From the IMG/VR virus record IMGVR_UViG_3300012921_000077, positions 1 to 53,803 of that record: DNA of 53,803 nucleotides, one strand, 5' to 3'. This DNA is from a virus (lineage: Duplodnaviria > Caudoviricetes). Shown here piece by piece: positions 52,577-53,803 of the stretch (the stretch's first letter is position 1; the number at the start of each line of letters is the position of its first letter). The position numbers and the translations under genes were made by a program. Under the pieces are notes generated by a model. That model did not search any database, was not told the origin of the DNA, and worked only from the letters and a program-made list of their open reading frames with translations.

Positions 52577-53803
52577 ATGAAGCGCCGCCCGAAAGGCTCC
52601 GGCTCGATCCTGCGCACGCCGGAAGGCACGTTCCGCGCGCTCTTCGCGTTTACGACCGGGCGCCGCGAGGACATCGACGGCTCGCCGTTCGCGACGTACG
52701 CCGAAGCGGAGGCCGCGCTCGACGGCATCCTCGCCGAGCTCCGCGACGCCGGTGCGGTGCGGGGAGGGCTGACGCTCCGTCGGCTCGGCGCACGCGTTCT
52801 CGACCGGCGCGAGAAGGAAGGCTATCGCTCCGCGTCCACCGACCGAAACCGCTGGCGCGCGTACGTCGAGACGTGGGACCTCGTCGACCTGCCGGCGCGA
52901 ACCATCACCCGCGGCGACGTGCGCGACTGGCTTGCCGGCCTCGCGGCGAAGGGGCTCGCGACGCAGACGCGGAGGAACGCGCTCAACATGCTCCGCGCGG
53001 TGTTCGCCGGCGGCGTCGACGACGAACTCCTCGACGAGAATCCGTGCACCGCGATCAAGGTGAAGCACCGCGGCGAGACGGCCGACACGTCGACCTACCT
53101 CACGCCGACCGAGGCGCTCGCGCTCGCACTCGCGTCGTCGACCGACCTCGCGGTGACACTCGCCATCACGACCGGCATGCGCTCCGGCGAGCTCCGGTCG
53201 CTGCGATGGGAAGACGTGCGCCTCGACGTCGACGCGCCGCACGTCGTCGTGCGCTACGGCTCGCCGGAGGAGCCGACGAAGAACGGCAAGGTGCGGAGCG
53301 TCCGCGTCGGCGGCGTCGCGCTCGATGCGTTACGCAAGGCGAAGGTCAGCTACGACGCGCAGATCGATGACGACGACATCACCTCAAAGCACGGCATCGT
53401 GCTCCCGAGCTTTTCGAGGTGGTACCGACAAAAGGGCCGCGTGGTGGAGCCGGAGTTGTGGGCCTCGTGGCGCAAGGCCGCCGGCATCAAGCGGCGCCTT
53501 CGCTTTCATGACCTTCGCCACACGTGCGCAACGCTGCTCCTGACGGGCGCGTTCGGTCGCCGGTGGAGCTACGAGGAGGTCAAAGATCTCCTCGGTCACT
53601 CGAGCGTGAAGGTCACCGAGCGTTACGCGCGCTCCGTCGGCACGCTCGCCGAGCGCGCCGCGAACGAGATGTTCGGCGCGCCCGATAGGATCGGAACAGG
53701 ATCGGCGACGTCGTCGCGAGAAGTGACGCAAGCTCGCGAGATTCTTCAGAGGCGCGGATCGGATTCGAACCGACGTATGACGGTTTTGCAAACCGTTGCC
53801 TAA
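52577..53803 (+). CDS. int: Tyrosine recombinase (phage integrase)
   Basis: N-terminal RRPKGSGSI arm domain; catalytic GMRSGEL, TKNGK, FHDLRHT, LGHS, TERY. Confidence 0.96.
   Translation: MKRRPKGSGSILRTPEGTFRALFAFTTGRREDIDGSPFATYAEAEAALDGILAELRDAGAVRGGLTLRRLGARVLDRREKEGYRSASTDRNRWRAYVETWDLVDLPARTITRGDVRDWLAGLAAKGLATQTRRNALNMLRAVFAGGVDDELLDENPCTAIKVKHRGETADTSTYLTPTEALALALASSTDLAVTLAITTGMRSGELRSLRWEDVRLDVDAPHVVVRYGSPEEPTKNGKVRSVRVGGVALDALRKAKVSYDAQIDDDDITSKHGIVLPSFSRWYRQKGRVVEPELWASWRKAAGIKRRLRFHDLRHTCATLLLTGAFGRRWSYEEVKDLLGHSSVKVTERYARSVGTLAERAANEMFGAPDRIGTGSATSSREVTQAREILQRRGSDSNRRMTVLQTVA
53750..53803 (-). tRNA. trnC: tRNA-Cys(GCA), 3' portion (5' end beyond window); prophage attachment junction
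   Basis: Minus strand TTAGGC A ACGGT TTGCAAA ACCGT CATAC GTCGG TTCGAAT CCGAT CCGCGCC T: perfect anticodon stem, GCA anticodon, T arm, U73 discriminator. Confidence 0.92.

Larger units (their letters stand above)
1..53803. mobile_element. Temperate prophage with Mu-like contractile tail, tyrosine integrase and tRNA-Cys attachment site; left boundary outside window or undefined
   Basis: Ordered packaging, head, tail, lysis, replication, immunity, recombination and integrase modules; right end runs into a tRNA. Confidence 0.95.

Noticed and set aside
53714-53739. TCGCGAG/CTCGCGA hairpin as a tRNA terminator or Int binding site
   Set aside because: Short, built from very common words in this genome, and without a U tract
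395-53791. Many long Arg/Ala-rich ORFs antisense or out of frame to called genes (e.g. 15788-18628 +, 26275-29202 +, 10785-12947 +, 33091-35340 -)
   Set aside because: Shadow ORFs expected at high GC; no motifs, and fully overlapping well-supported genes

Overview
The window is almost entirely one GC-rich temperate prophage with a contractile tail. A Myxococcota/Polyangiaceae-like host is an inference from composition and gene style only. Minus strand, about 0.4-42.5 kb, in transcription order: Cro-like and CII-like regulators, an early lytic transglycosylase, SF2 helicase, VRR-NUC nuclease, a ~1000 aa primase-helicase-HTH replication protein, putative late regulators, ParB-methyltransferase, terminase, Mu-like portal, HK97-type protease/scaffold, capsid, Mu-like neck/sheath/tube/baseplate, tail fibres, membrane proteins and endolysin. 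Plus strand, 42.5-53.8 kb: CI-like HTH, ImmA/IrrE-like protein, small early genes, a recombination module (PD-(D/E)XK nuclease, Sak4-like ATPase, SSB, DnaQ-like exonuclease) and a tyrosine integrase. The integrase's last codons are the antisense of a tRNA-Cys(GCA), which marks the attachment junction. The second att site was not seen in the window. Main observations: (1) an apparently circularly permuted Cas4/AddB-like exonuclease; (2) an att site inside int; (3) a GCTA-N4-TAGC operator shared by three distant loci, one nested in a triple inverted repeat at the end of the replication gene; (4) an ImmA-like protein with HExxE instead of HExxH; (5) a tail chaperone with three in-phase slippery heptamers whose -1 product is shorter than the 0-frame product. 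All family assignments come from motif recognition and synteny by eye; no searches were run. Many starts were moved relative to the ORF track using RBS and overlap evidence.
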